Part shown: piece after piece, positions 17,321 to 26,008 of the stretch
Numbering within the stretch: the stretch's first letter is position 1
Layout: each line of letters starts with the position of its first letter
IMG/VR virus record: IMGVR_UViG_3300010362_000044
Span: 1-41,672 of that record
Length of the DNA stretch: 41,672 nucleotides
Strand: one strand, 5' to 3'
From: a virus
Taxonomy: Duplodnaviria; Caudoviricetes
Position numbers and translations under genes: made by a program
The notes under the pieces: model-generated
Databases searched by the model: none
Seen by the model: the letters and a program-made list of their open reading frames with translations, nothing else
Told to the model about the DNA's origin: nothing

Positions 17321-17910
17321 CCGAGGGCGGCCCCGACCACACCCGCCACGACCTGGTCCGGGCGTGGGAGGCCGACCGCCCCGCCATGATGGACGCCGTG
17401 AGCCAGATCAGACCGGCCTCGGAGAACAACGGCGGCAGCCACGACCGCGCCGAGGGCACCGCCCGACGGGTCCGGGCCGTCGCCCTGCGGCTGTCCGGTC
17501 TGACCTACGACCAGGTCGCCGAGCAGGCCGGCTACTCCGACCGGGGCACCGCCCGCCGCGCCGTCCTGGCCGCCCTGGACCACGTCGAGGCCGAGAGCGT
17601 CGCCGAATACCGGGCGCTGGAGAACGCCCGCTACGACCGGGCACAGGCCGCGCTCTGGCCCCTGGTCACCGGCCCCCGTCTCGGCACCGGCCAGGCCAAC
17701 GCCGTCTCCGACGACATCAAGATCAAGGCGGTCAACTCCTGGCTCGGCATCGCCACCAGGCGGGCCCGCCTCAACGGCCTGGACGCCCCGCAGCAGGTCG
17801 TCATCGGCTCCGGCACCGTCGCCGAGTTGGAGGACCTGCTCGGTGAGTACCGGGAGGTCATCGCCGGCGAGGTCATCGATGAGCAGCCCGAGCCACCTGT
17901 CCAGGGTTGA
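17317..17910 (+). CDS. terS: Terminase small subunit (HTH)
   Basis: ALRLSGLTYDQVAEQAGYS...RRARLNGLDAP; immediately upstream of terL. Confidence 0.75.
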   Translation: MTEGGPDHTRHDLVRAWEADRPAMMDAVSQIRPASENNGGSHDRAEGTARRVRAVALRLSGLTYDQVAEQAGYSDRGTARRAVLAALDHVEAESVAEYRALENARYDRAQAALWPLVTGPRLGTGQANAVSDDIKIKAVNSWLGIATRRARLNGLDAPQQVVIGSGTVAELEDLLGEYREVIAGEVIDEQPEPPVQG

Positions 17911-19309
17911 GGCCCTGGTCGCCGGCATCGAGTCCGAGGCCGAGGCCGCCGCCGTCGCCGCCGTCCTGCGCGCCGAGATAGCCGCCGAACGGGCCCGCCG
18001 CTGGCAGCCCTACCCCTGGCAGCATCCGCACGCCCACGGCGCCGACCAGGTCTGTGCCCTGCCCTGCCGGTCCATCCCGCCGGCCCCGGTCCCGACCCAC
18101 GGCATGTGGCTGATGTTGGGCGGCAGGGGCACCGGGAAGACCGAGGGCGCGGCCCGCTACGTCAACCGGCACGTCACCGGCCCGCCCTGCGACCCCCGCC
18201 TGCCCGGCGGGCACCGGCCCCTGATCGTCGCCCCCACCCAGGGCGACGCCTTCGACGCCTGCTACAACGGCCCCTCGGGCCTGAAGACCATCAACCCGAA
18301 CGTCAAGACCTACGTCGCCGCCGGCGGCCTCTCCGTCCTGTGGCCCAACGGCTGCCGGGCCCGGCTCCTCGGCGCGTACACCAAGGAGGACATCGAACGC
18401 CTGCGCTCGGCGGGCAACACGTGCCTGGTCTGGATGGAGGAGGTCGCCGCCCAGCGCTACCTCGGCGCGGCCCTCGACCACACCCGGATGGGTCTGCGGA
18501 TCGGGGTCCGCCCCCACTACGTCGCCAGCACCACCCCGAAGCCGAGGCCCGAGGTCCGGGCCCTGCTCGCCGACCCGACCACGCTCATCACCCGGGGCCG
18601 CACCCGCGACGCCATCCGGCTCGACCCGACCGTCCTGGCCTCCTACCTGGCCCGCTACGAGGGCACCCGCACCGGCCTACAGGAACTCGACGCCGAGATG
18701 CTGGACGACATCGAGGGCGCGCTGTGGACCTACGCCCTGATCGACGCCCACCGGCACCGAGGCCCCCTGGCTCCCCTGGACCGGACCGCCGTCGGCATCG
18801 ACCCGCCCGGCTCCCACAAGCCAGGGTCCGCCGAGGCCGGCATCGTCGTCGCCGGCATCCGCGTCGCCGGCGGGGTGAGCCACGGCTACGTCCTGGCCGA
18901 CCTGTCCGGGCGGATGGGCCCCGAGGAGTGGGCCCGCACCGCCATCGACGCCTACCGGCGGCACGGCGCGGTCGGCATCGTGGTCGAGACCACCTACGGC
19001 GGGGACATGGTCGTCTCCACCCTGCGGACCATCGACCCCACCGTGCCGGTGTTCCGGGCCCCCACCCGGGTCGGGAAGCGGCTCCGCGCCGAGCCGGTGG
19101 TCGGCCTGTACGAGCAGGGCCGCGTCCACCACGTCGGCGTCCTGCCCGGCCTGGAGACCCAGCAGACCGAGTGGGTGCCCGACGAGCCGGGGCAGCCCTC
19201 ACCGGACCGCCTGGACGCGGCGGTGCATGTCCTGACCCACCTGATGATCACCGCCGCCCCCGCCGTCTACTCGAGCCCGGCCCGCCTGGCCCGCCGCGTC
19301 GAAAGATGA
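17879..19309 (+). CDS. terL: Terminase large subunit
   Basis: Walker A GGRGTGKT, Walker B VWMEE, STTP coupling motif, nuclease GIDP and SPDRLDA. Confidence 0.95.
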   Translation: MSSPSHLSRVEALVAGIESEAEAAAVAAVLRAEIAAERARRWQPYPWQHPHAHGADQVCALPCRSIPPAPVPTHGMWLMLGGRGTGKTEGAARYVNRHVTGPPCDPRLPGGHRPLIVAPTQGDAFDACYNGPSGLKTINPNVKTYVAAGGLSVLWPNGCRARLLGAYTKEDIERLRSAGNTCLVWMEEVAAQRYLGAALDHTRMGLRIGVRPHYVASTTPKPRPEVRALLADPTTLITRGRTRDAIRLDPTVLASYLARYEGTRTGLQELDAEMLDDIEGALWTYALIDAHRHRGPLAPLDRTAVGIDPPGSHKPGSAEAGIVVAGIRVAGGVSHGYVLADLSGRMGPEEWARTAIDAYRRHGAVGIVVETTYGGDMVVSTLRTIDPTVPVFRAPTRVGKRLRAEPVVGLYEQGRVHHVGVLPGLETQQTEWVPDEPGQPSPDRLDAAVHVLTHLMITAAPAVYSSPARLARRVER

Positions 19310-19315
19310 CCCGCC

Positions 19316-19386
19316 GAGTTGCATACGCGCACCGCCTGAGCCAAGGTGTGACTACTGAACGACCCGCCAACCAGAAGGAGCCCACC
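19316..19386 (+). promoter_or_regulatory. Conserved promoter-leader repeat, copy 3
   Basis: TTGCAT-17bp-CAAGGT, CATACGCGCACC, GACCCGCCAA at 19361, AAGGAG. Confidence 0.8.
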
Positions 19387-19566
19387 ATGACCGCCACCCA
19401 CCAGATCGCCCGCCTCGGCAACGGGGCCGCCCTCCACCTGATGGACGAGGCCGGCATCCTGTGCAACCGATGGGGCACCGTGAACGGCGTCTGGAAGGCC
19501 CCCCGGATCGTCGCCGGGGCCACCGAGCCCACCTGCCAGCGGTGCCAGAAGATCGCCGCCGCCTGA
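19387..19566 (+). CDS. Small Zn-binding protein (59 aa)
   Basis: H...LC...TCQRC; follows the leader repeat. Confidence 0.7.
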   Translation: MTATHQIARLGNGAALHLMDEAGILCNRWGTVNGVWKAPRIVAGATEPTCQRCQKIAAA

Positions 19567-19623
19567 CCCGCCAACCAGGGGCCCCCAACCCGGGGGGGCC
19601 CCTCACCCCGAGAGGAACCCACC

Positions 19624-19827
19624 ATGAACACCACGACCACCACCCACCCCGACCTGCCGGACTACGTGTTCGAGCGGACCGTGGAGCAGACCTTCAACGG
19701 TCGCCGCATCCGGCACCACTGGTCGAACCAGCGGACCGGGGACTGGGAGACCAACTTCCCGACCCGGATGGCAGCGGTCGCCAACGCCCGCCGCTTCGAG
19801 GCCGGCCTCCGCGCCGAGGGGGTGTGA
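19624..19827 (+). CDS. Small hypothetical protein
   Basis: GACCCGCCAA at 19565, hairpin at 19578-19602, GAGGAA RBS. Confidence 0.7.
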   Translation: MNTTTTTHPDLPDYVFERTVEQTFNGRRIRHHWSNQRTGDWETNFPTRMAAVANARRFEAGLRAEGV

Positions 19828-19830
19828 GGC

Positions 19831-20079
19831 ATGACCCCGAACCCTCAGTCCCCGGAGGCCAAGTCGGCCCGCCGGCGCGGCTACGAGGTCGCCCGCGACC
19901 ACCTGGCCGCCGCCTACCCCGAGGGCCACCGCGACCTCGCCGCGCTCCGCAAGGCCGTCGGCGAGCAGCGGGCCCGCGACCTCGCCGCCGGCGATTGGGA
20001 GGGCGTCTGGCAAGCCTCGGGTGCCCTGGACGCCATCCGCGAGGCCCAGCAGGCCGCCGGCGAGAAGGGGGTCGAGTGA
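19831..20079 (+). CDS. Small hypothetical protein
   Basis: Operon position; codon usage. Confidence 0.65.
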   Translation: MTPNPQSPEAKSARRRGYEVARDHLAAAYPEGHRDLAALRKAVGEQRARDLAAGDWEGVWQASGALDAIREAQQAAGEKGVE

Positions 20080-20222
20080 TGCACGAGACCGACCTGACCC
20101 TGTCCACTCCCTGCCCGGACTGCTCCTCGACCGAGGGCCTGCTCCGGGTCGGCGGCGGCTACTCGACCCTGTTCTGCGCCGCCTGCGGCACCGAACTGGC
20201 CCGCGAAGAAATCGACCGCTGA
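20079..20222 (+). CDS. Small Zn-ribbon protein
   Basis: CPDC...CAAC; TGATG coupling. Confidence 0.6.
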   Translation: MHETDLTLSTPCPDCSSTEGLLRVGGGYSTLFCAACGTELAREEIDR

Positions 20223-20232
20223 CCCCCCCGTC

Positions 20233-20308
20233 GAGTTGCATACGCGCACCCCGTGAGCGAAGGTGTCACCACTAGCCACTGACCCGCCAACCCGAGAAGG
20301 AACCCACC
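20233..20308 (+). promoter_or_regulatory. Conserved promoter-leader repeat, copy 4
   Basis: TTGCAT-17bp-GAAGGT, CATACGCGCACC, GACCCGCCAA at 20281, AAGGAA. Confidence 0.8.
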
Positions 20309-20914
20309 ATGAGCAGCAACTGGAAGACCGTGCAGGCCAAGAGCCTCCCCCTCCGCGTCGCCTTCGGCTACGCCCCCACCCCCGCCGACAAGCCGGTCAT
20401 GGCGACCGCCTACAAGCGCGGTGGCGCGATCATCATCGCCACCGTCGGCGTCGCCGGAGCCCCCGGCGTGGTTGAGTACCGGCCCACCGACAAGGTCCGC
20501 TACGCCCCGGTCCCCGAGGCCGTCGGCACCCGGGGCCTGCGCTACTGCCGCACCTGCCCCGAGACCCACCTCCTGCGGGTCGGCGCGGACGCCTACGCCA
20601 CCCTGTTCTGCGACGTACGGACCGCCCAGCGCAACGCCGCCTACAAGGCCGCCAAGGACGAGGGCCGGGCCTGGCCGACCAAGTCCGAGCGGGCCGAGGC
20701 CCACCGCGAGCGGGTCGCCGAGAAGATCGACACGATCATCGCGACCGCCGCGCCGAGCCGGGAGCGGATGATCGCCGCCACCCTGACCAACGTGGCAACC
20801 TCGACCGCGTACGCCGACGAGGAGAAGCGGGCCCGCCGGTTCGCCGCCCTGGCCGCACAGTACGGCCTCTCGGTCGAGCAGGCCGAGGCCCTGGTCGCCA
20901 AGCACGCCGCCTGA
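20309..20914 (+). CDS. Hypothetical protein
   Basis: Follows the leader repeat; codon usage. Confidence 0.75.
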   Translation: MSSNWKTVQAKSLPLRVAFGYAPTPADKPVMATAYKRGGAIIIATVGVAGAPGVVEYRPTDKVRYAPVPEAVGTRGLRYCRTCPETHLLRVGADAYATLFCDVRTAQRNAAYKAAKDEGRAWPTKSERAEAHRERVAEKIDTIIATAAPSRERMIAATLTNVATSTAYADEEKRARRFAALAAQYGLSVEQAEALVAKHAA

Positions 20915-20918
20915 GCCG

Positions 20919-20966
20919 CCGGCCCTCGGGGCCCGGTGCCCTCACACCGAGGCCCCGAGGGACCGG
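20919..20966 (+). terminator. Long GC hairpin between cassettes
   Basis: CCCTCGGGGCC/GGCCCCGAGGG stem with inner CGGTG/CACCG, between a stop codon and the next promoter. Confidence 0.5.
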
Positions 20967-20969
20967 CCC

Positions 20970-21039
20970 GAGTTGCATACGCGCACCGGCCATGCCATCG
21001 TGTCAGCACTGAACGACCCGCCAACGAAAGGAACCCGCC
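20970..21039 (+). promoter_or_regulatory. Conserved promoter-leader repeat, copy 5
   Basis: TTGCAT-17bp-CATCGT, CATACGCGCACC, GACCCGCCAA at 21015, AAAGGAA. Confidence 0.8.
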
Positions 21040-21270
21040 ATGAGCATCAAGTCCACCCTCGCCCACCTGGCCGCCGGCCCCTGGACGACCGCCCTCGCCG
21101 CCGACCACAAGGCGATGACGCCCCTGGTCGCCGCCGGCCTGGCCTACGCCGACCAGCCCCTGGAGATCGTCAAGCAGGCCGCCGGCCTGGTCCCGGTCCA
21201 GCCCCGGATCGTCTCGGGCACCTTCCCCATCACCTACACCATCAGCCCCGAGGGGAGGGCCGCCCTGTGA
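21040..21270 (+). CDS. Small hypothetical protein
   Basis: Follows the leader repeat; ends YTISPEGRAAL (wing-like). Confidence 0.7.
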   Translation: MSIKSTLAHLAAGPWTTALAADHKAMTPLVAAGLAYADQPLEIVKQAAGLVPVQPRIVSGTFPITYTISPEGRAAL

Positions 21271-21452
21271 GCCGCCTGGCCGACTCCCTGGCCGCCGCCC
21301 TCGACGCCCGGTTCGACCGGGCCGAGGAAGGCGACCCCGCCCTCGCCGGCCTCGAGCCCGGCGACCTCGCGTGGTACGCGCCCAACGGCGACGTGTACCA
21401 CCTGGCCGGCATCGGGCTGCGCCGCTACCCCGCCGAGGGGGCCGAGGCATGA
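21267..21452 (+). CDS. Small hypothetical protein
   Basis: GTGA overlap, GGGAGG RBS. Confidence 0.6.
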   Translation: MSRLADSLAAALDARFDRAEEGDPALAGLEPGDLAWYAPNGDVYHLAGIGLRRYPAEGAEA

Positions 21453-21640
21453 ACGCCCGCGACCGCGACTACATCGAGTCCCGGCTCGTGGCCATCACCG
21501 CCCCCGCCTCGGAGGCCATCGACCGGCTCCGCGCCGTGGGCCGCGCCGACCTGGCCGACGAACTCCTCGGCCACGCCAGGGTGTTCAACGACGCCGTCCG
21601 CCGGGTCCGCTACCGGCTGCTGGATGAGGAGGGAGCCTGA
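21449..21640 (+). CDS. Small hypothetical protein
   Basis: ATGA overlap. Confidence 0.6.
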   Translation: MNARDRDYIESRLVAITAPASEAIDRLRAVGRADLADELLGHARVFNDAVRRVRYRLLDEEGA

Positions 21641-22752
21641 TGCCGCGCATGACCCCGAGCCAGGTCCTCGACATGCACACCGACCTGGTCACCCGCATGG
21701 ACGACGCCCGGTTCACCGCCGTCATCGAAGCCTCGTTCTCCGCCGACCTCGACGCCACCGCCGCCGACCAACGCCGCGACCAGGTCGAGGCCCAACGCGT
21801 CGAGGCCAACGCCCGCTACCTCCAGGGCCGGCACTACGCCCACGTCCGGGCCGCCGAGACGTACCACGTCACCGAGGACATGTGCGACCTGGTCGTCCAG
21901 ATCGCCGAGCAGATCGACGCCACCGACACCTGGCAGCACCGGCTGGCCCCCTCGGCCTCCGGCATCGCCCGGTTCGACCACCCGATCCCGGTCCACGACA
22001 TCCGGGGCCGGACCATGAAGGCCCACTGGCTGGTCTGGGGGCCGGCGGCAGCGCACTCGGTGTCCCTGCCCGACCGGGAGACGCCGGTGACGATGCTGAC
22101 GTGGTACAACGACGCCCACGACCCCGACGAGGTCGCCCTGTCTCACCTGGACGACTCGTCCGTCGCCGCGTGGGCCCAACGGATCGCGGGCCGCTGGTAC
22201 TGGATCGGCGCGGAGTACCTCCAGGACGACGCGCCCCTCGGCGACGTGATGATCCCGGTCCCCGAGGGGGCCCGCGACGAGGTGATCGCGGACGGCGACA
22301 CGCCCGCCGAGATGATGACCCACCTCCCCAAGTACGCCTACGCCCTCTGGCTCCTGCTCGGCCAGACCGTCGCCGCCGCCACCCCCACCATCCCGGAGCG
22401 GGCCGCCGGCAGACGGGCGGTCAAGAAGGGCCTGCCCCCTCGGGTCACCGTCATCAGCCTCCGCCGCCGCGAGCACCGGCCCGGCGAGGGCGAGTCGGTG
22501 GTCGAGTGGCAGCACCGATGGATCGTCCGCCAGCACCTGCGGTGGCAGCCCTACGGCCCGAGGGTCTGCCCCGACGGCCCCGCCGGCCACCACGCGTACG
22601 GTCCGGTCGAGGCCGAGCCCGGCATCCTGGTCCGCCGCTGCCGGCACTGCGACGATGGGGTGCTGCGCCGCATCACCATCGACCCGTACGTCAAGGGCCC
22701 CGAGGGCAAGCCCCTGGTGCAGTCCCGGAAGGTGTACGACCTGAACCGATGA
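21640..22752 (+). CDS. Hypothetical phage protein
   Basis: C-terminal HRWIVRQHLRWQPYGP...ITIDPYVKGPEGKPL motif typical of phage proteins; TGATG coupling. Confidence 0.8.
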   Translation: MPRMTPSQVLDMHTDLVTRMDDARFTAVIEASFSADLDATAADQRRDQVEAQRVEANARYLQGRHYAHVRAAETYHVTEDMCDLVVQIAEQIDATDTWQHRLAPSASGIARFDHPIPVHDIRGRTMKAHWLVWGPAAAHSVSLPDRETPVTMLTWYNDAHDPDEVALSHLDDSSVAAWAQRIAGRWYWIGAEYLQDDAPLGDVMIPVPEGARDEVIADGDTPAEMMTHLPKYAYALWLLLGQTVAAATPTIPERAAGRRAVKKGLPPRVTVISLRRREHRPGEGESVVEWQHRWIVRQHLRWQPYGPRVCPDGPAGHHAYGPVEAEPGILVRRCRHCDDGVLRRITIDPYVKGPEGKPLVQSRKVYDLNR

Positions 22753-22910
22753 CCGACCTGACCCTGACCGCCGAGAACCTGCCCCTGGTCATCCTGGCCG
22801 GCGGCCTGCTGATCGTCCTGGTCGTCGCCCGGGGCACCGAGGAGGTCATCACCGGCCTGGTCGTGGTCGCCTTCTTCGCCGCCGTCTCGGTCTGGTTCGT
22901 GTACCGATGA
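22749..22910 (+). CDS. Small membrane protein (2 TM)
   Basis: LPLVILAGGLLIVLVVA and VITGLVVVAFFAAVSVWFVY. Confidence 0.65.
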   Translation: MTDLTLTAENLPLVILAGGLLIVLVVARGTEEVITGLVVVAFFAAVSVWFVYR

Positions 22911-23074
22911 CCCGCGAGACGCTCGGCACCTGCGACCACTGCGACGAGCCGGCGGTCCTCGGCATCAACGGGTTCAGGGGCTGCGCGGACCACATCGAGT
23001 GGGCCGTCGAGGAGGCCGCCGAGAGGATGCGGGCGGTCCTGGCCGCCTTCGACCGGGCGTTCCCGAGGGGGTAG
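22907..23074 (+). CDS. Small Zn-finger protein (55 aa, not in ORF track)
   Basis: MTRETLGTCDHCDEPAVLGINGFRGCADH...; ATGA overlap. Confidence 0.6.
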   Translation: MTRETLGTCDHCDEPAVLGINGFRGCADHIEWAVEEAAERMRAVLAAFDRAFPRG

Positions 23075-23089
23075 CCAGCCCGCCGCGCC

Positions 23090-23163
23090 GAGTTGCATAC
23101 GCGCACCGGATGAGCGAAGGTGTCACCGTCAACAACGACCCGCCAACAGATAGGAACCGCACC
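23090..23163 (+). promoter_or_regulatory. Conserved promoter-leader repeat, copy 6
   Basis: TTGCAT-17bp-GAAGGT, CATACGCGCACC, GACCCGCCAA at 23137, AGGAA. Confidence 0.8.
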
Positions 23164-23397
23164 ATGTATGACCTGACCTTCCACCGCGTCTCGACCGGCG
23201 CGTACGTCGCCGCCCCCACCGACTCGGCCACTGAGTTCGTCGGCTCCGCCCGCAAGATCGGGCGCACCTGGTGGGCCGAGGCCCGCACCTTCGACCTGCT
23301 CCTGATCTCGCTCGAGTTCAAGACGCTGGCCGAGGCCAAGGCCCGGCTCCAGGAGACCTACCGGACCGTCGAGCCCGCCGCGAGGGGCGAGGCATGA
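23164..23397 (+). CDS. Small hypothetical protein
   Basis: Follows the leader repeat; FKTLAEAK motif. Confidence 0.7.
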   Translation: MYDLTFHRVSTGAYVAAPTDSATEFVGSARKIGRTWWAEARTFDLLLISLEFKTLAEAKARLQETYRTVEPAARGEA

Positions 23398-23684
23398 GCG
23401 CCGACGAGACGATCACGGTGAACGGGACCGCCTACGGGCGGCCCTTCACCGACGCCGAGGGCCGCCCGATGGTGGCGGTATTCGAGGCCGACGGCGACCG
23501 CTACGTCACCTACGGGGTGCTCCCCGAGGTGGTCGAGGCGTGGGCCAAGGCCGACGCCGTCGCCCACGGGGCCCGCGCCATCGCGTGGGACCGCGACGAG
23601 ACGGACGCCTGCCAGGCCGGCACCCCCGGCTGCGCCATCGACCACGCCGCCGAGCCTCGGCCCGGCTCCTGCGAGGGGTGGTGA
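23394..23684 (+). CDS. Small hypothetical protein
   Basis: ATGA overlap; CQAGTPGCAIDH...SCEGW. Confidence 0.65.
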   Translation: MSADETITVNGTAYGRPFTDAEGRPMVAVFEADGDRYVTYGVLPEVVEAWAKADAVAHGARAIAWDRDETDACQAGTPGCAIDHAAEPRPGSCEGW

Positions 23685-23686
23685 CC

Positions 23687-24121
23687 ATGCCGAGCACCTA
23701 CGAGGCCGCCGTCGCCCTGGCCGACCTGGTCGACGGCGGCGAGCCCCCCGAGGGCTACGCCATCCTGACCCGCGAGGAGGTGCTGGCGTGGCGGGCCGAG
23801 TCCTGGGCCCCCTCGGACATCGCCCTGATCGCCCGCCGCCTGGACGCGGTCGGCGAGGCCATCTACTACGTCCCGCCCTCGGCCTCCTACATCGGGGTCC
23901 GCCCGGTCCGGGACGGGGTGACCCGCCAGAACGCGTTCTCGGTCCACCCCGGCTACCTGCACTACGGGCCCGGCGACTGGGGCCAGGGCGGCGTCGAGTA
24001 TGACGAGTTGACCACCATCCGGCTCCGTGAGCAGGGCCGGCCCGGGCCCGAGGCCCAGCCGGCCTGCCCGACCTGCTGGACCGAACTGCCGGTGACCGGG
24101 GTCTGCGGTGTCTGCGCCTAG
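23687..24121 (+). CDS. Hypothetical protein with C-terminal Zn ribbon
   Basis: CPTCWTELPVTGVCGVC. Confidence 0.7.
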   Translation: MPSTYEAAVALADLVDGGEPPEGYAILTREEVLAWRAESWAPSDIALIARRLDAVGEAIYYVPPSASYIGVRPVRDGVTRQNAFSVHPGYLHYGPGDWGQGGVEYDELTTIRLREQGRPGPEAQPACPTCWTELPVTGVCGVCA

Positions 24122-24329
24122 GCCCTGCCCGCGCCCGGAGAAGGTCTGCTACCCGAGCCAGGCGGTGGCCGAGAACGCCGCCTGGCTGCACCGGCTCACC
24201 TGCCCCGGCTGCGACACGATCCACGCCTACCGGTGCGAGTGCGGCGAGTGGCACATCGGCCACAAGACGCCCGAGGACGCTGAGCGGTGCCGCCACTGGC
24301 TCTCGGGCCGGCCTCGCCCGGACGTCTGA
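24108..24329 (+). CDS. Small Zn-binding protein
   Basis: CPRPEKVCYPSQAVA...AYRCECGEWHIGH. Confidence 0.65.
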   Translation: MSAPRPCPRPEKVCYPSQAVAENAAWLHRLTCPGCDTIHAYRCECGEWHIGHKTPEDAERCRHWLSGRPRPDV

Positions 24330-24336
24330 CGGCGCC

Positions 24337-24408
24337 GAGTTGCATACGCGCACCATTGATGCCATCGTGTCACTACTGAACGACCCGCCAACCCGAGGAG
24401 CACCACCC
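24337..24408 (+). promoter_or_regulatory. Conserved promoter-leader repeat, copy 7
   Basis: TTGCAT-17bp-CATCGT, CATACGCGCACC, GACCCGCCAA at 24382, GAGGAG. Confidence 0.8.
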
Positions 24409-24864
24409 ATGAGCAGGATCCCCGCCTTCGCCGCCGACTACGCCGGCCTGGTGCAGATGACCAGGGCCCGGTCCACCGGCCACTACGTCGGCATCTACGA
24501 CGGCACCGCCGCCGGCATGGACACCGAGGCCGGCAGGTGGCAGACCGTGTGCGAGGCCCACGACTCCATCTGCAGCCACCGCACCCTGGCCCTGGCCCGC
24601 GAGCACTCGCACGCCCCCGAGGGATGGTGCGAGCCCTGCGGCGACCAGGTCGAGGCCCCGCCGGCCCCGGCCTACGACTCGGCCTCCTACCGGCGCGGCT
24701 GGGCCGCCTCGGAGCGAGCCGGCGACGGTGCCCTGGACCGCGCCGACGGGCGGGGCGAGAAGGACGAGTGGTACGACGGCTACATGGACCACGCGGTGGG
24801 CCGCCCGAAGTACTTCCACCGCGACGCCTCGGACGCCGAGAAGGCCGAGTGGGGGCTGGCATGA
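24409..24864 (+). CDS. Hypothetical protein
   Basis: Follows the leader repeat; WQTVCEAH...WCEPC. Confidence 0.75.
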   Translation: MSRIPAFAADYAGLVQMTRARSTGHYVGIYDGTAAGMDTEAGRWQTVCEAHDSICSHRTLALAREHSHAPEGWCEPCGDQVEAPPAPAYDSASYRRGWAASERAGDGALDRADGRGEKDEWYDGYMDHAVGRPKYFHRDASDAEKAEWGLA

Positions 24865-25055
24865 CCGCCCCGACCCCGGAGCAGGTCACGGTCCTGCTGC
24901 GGCCCTGCCCGACCTGCGGGGCCGCCCCCGCCGAACTGTGCCGCCGGGTCGAGTCCGGCAGGACCCACCACCTGCGGCTGGGCCGGGTCCACAAGGCCCG
25001 CCTCGAGCCGACCGCCGCCGAGAGGCGTGAGGCCCGCCGGAAGCCCCGCCGGTGA
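24861..25055 (+). CDS. Zn-finger protein (CPxCGAxPxxxC...HxxR)
   Basis: RPCPTCGAAPAELCRR...VHKAR; same pattern as 1463-1777. Confidence 0.65.
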   Translation: MTAPTPEQVTVLLRPCPTCGAAPAELCRRVESGRTHHLRLGRVHKARLEPTAAERREARRKPRR

Positions 25056-25067
25056 CCAGGCCCCCAC

Positions 25068-25135
25068 GATTTGAACCATACGCGCACCTATGCCAAGGTG
25101 TGACCATGACCCGCCAACCGTCCAAGGAGGACACC
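25068..25135 (+). promoter_or_regulatory. Conserved promoter-leader repeat, copy 8
   Basis: TTGAAC-17bp-CAAGGT, CATACGCGCACC at 25077, GACCCGCCAA at 25108, AAGGAGG. Confidence 0.8.
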
Positions 25136-25357
25136 ATGCACGACTCACCCATCGGCCCCATCACCCTTGAGGACGCGCTCGACGCCGCCGTCCTCGGCAA
25201 CGGCAGCGAACTTGGCCGCCTCTACGCCATCGCCGTCAAGGCCGGGCACCTGACCGCCGAGGACGCCGGCGACACCTGGGTCGCCCTGGCCGACCTGTCC
25301 TACGGCGCGGGCCTCGCCTTCGAGCGGGCCTACGACCGCGAGGGAGGCCCCCGATGA
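25136..25357 (+). CDS. Small hypothetical protein
   Basis: ATG 25136 after AAGGAGG. Confidence 0.7.
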   Translation: MHDSPIGPITLEDALDAAVLGNGSELGRLYAIAVKAGHLTAEDAGDTWVALADLSYGAGLAFERAYDREGGPR

Positions 25358-25629
25358 CCTCGACCGGCCTCCGCGACAACCTCGGCGTCGACATCCTCGT
25401 CGGCGACCGCGTCATGGTCACCAGTTGGGGCGGACGTATCCGCCTCAACGACGTCCGCCGCGTCGTGGTCGTCCGGGGCCGCACCCCTCGCGGCAACCTG
25501 CGGCACGACTGCATCGCCCCCGGCGACCTCGCCACCCTGCCCCCGGGCTACGTCCAGGTCATGCGCCGCGACGGCACCCGAGGCTTCGAGGGCAACCACC
25601 CCGACCGCATCCAGGACCGCCGGCCCTGA
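25354..25629 (+). CDS. Small SH3/KOW-like hypothetical protein
   Basis: DNLGVDILVGDRVMV pattern; ATGA overlap. Confidence 0.6.
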   Translation: MTSTGLRDNLGVDILVGDRVMVTSWGGRIRLNDVRRVVVVRGRTPRGNLRHDCIAPGDLATLPPGYVQVMRRDGTRGFEGNHPDRIQDRRP

Positions 25630-25702
25630 CCCCTAGACCCCCGCCCCCAACCCGAGGGGCGGACAACCGGGCACAACGACCCGCCAACCGAAGGAAACAC
25701 AC

Positions 25703-26008
25703 ATGAAGCGCAAGATCGCGGCCCTGGCCGCCACCACCGCCGTCCTCACCGGCGGCACCCTCGCCGCCACCACGGCCCCCTCGAACGCCGCCGGCAACCC
25801 GCCGTCCATGAGCAGGACCGAGTTCCGCAAGATCCACACCGGCATGTCCAAGGCCACCGTGTTCCGCATCGTCGGCTCCAAGGGCAAGGTCTCGATGGCC
25901 TCGACGTTCCTGACCATCCGGCAGTGGAAGACCACCGGCAACCCCTACGGGTCGGCCACCATCGGCTTCTCCGGCGGACGCGTCCAGTCCAAGATCTTCA
26001 TCGGCTGA
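25703..26008 (+). CDS. Secreted small protein, BLIP/BamE(SmpA)-like fold
   Basis: Signal peptide MKRKIAALAATTAVLTGGTLAATTAPSNA; EFRKIHTGMSKATVFRIVGSKG...IGFSGGRVQSK; leader GACCCGCCAA at 25678. Confidence 0.7.
   Translation: MKRKIAALAATTAVLTGGTLAATTAPSNAAGNPPSMSRTEFRKIHTGMSKATVFRIVGSKGKVSMASTFLTIRQWKTTGNPYGSATIGFSGGRVQSKIFIG

Noticed and set aside
5903-22910. Long Arg/Pro/Gly-rich alternative-frame ORFs (e.g. 5903-7366, 15551-17320, 18106-19566, 21624-22910)
   Set aside because: Off-frame reads caused by stop-codon scarcity; only their 3' ends correspond to real small genes where annotated.
19316-25135. Repeats as a CRISPR array
   Set aside because: Spacing is irregular (0.7-2.1 kb), spacers are genes, and no cas genes are present; the repeats have promoter/RBS anatomy.
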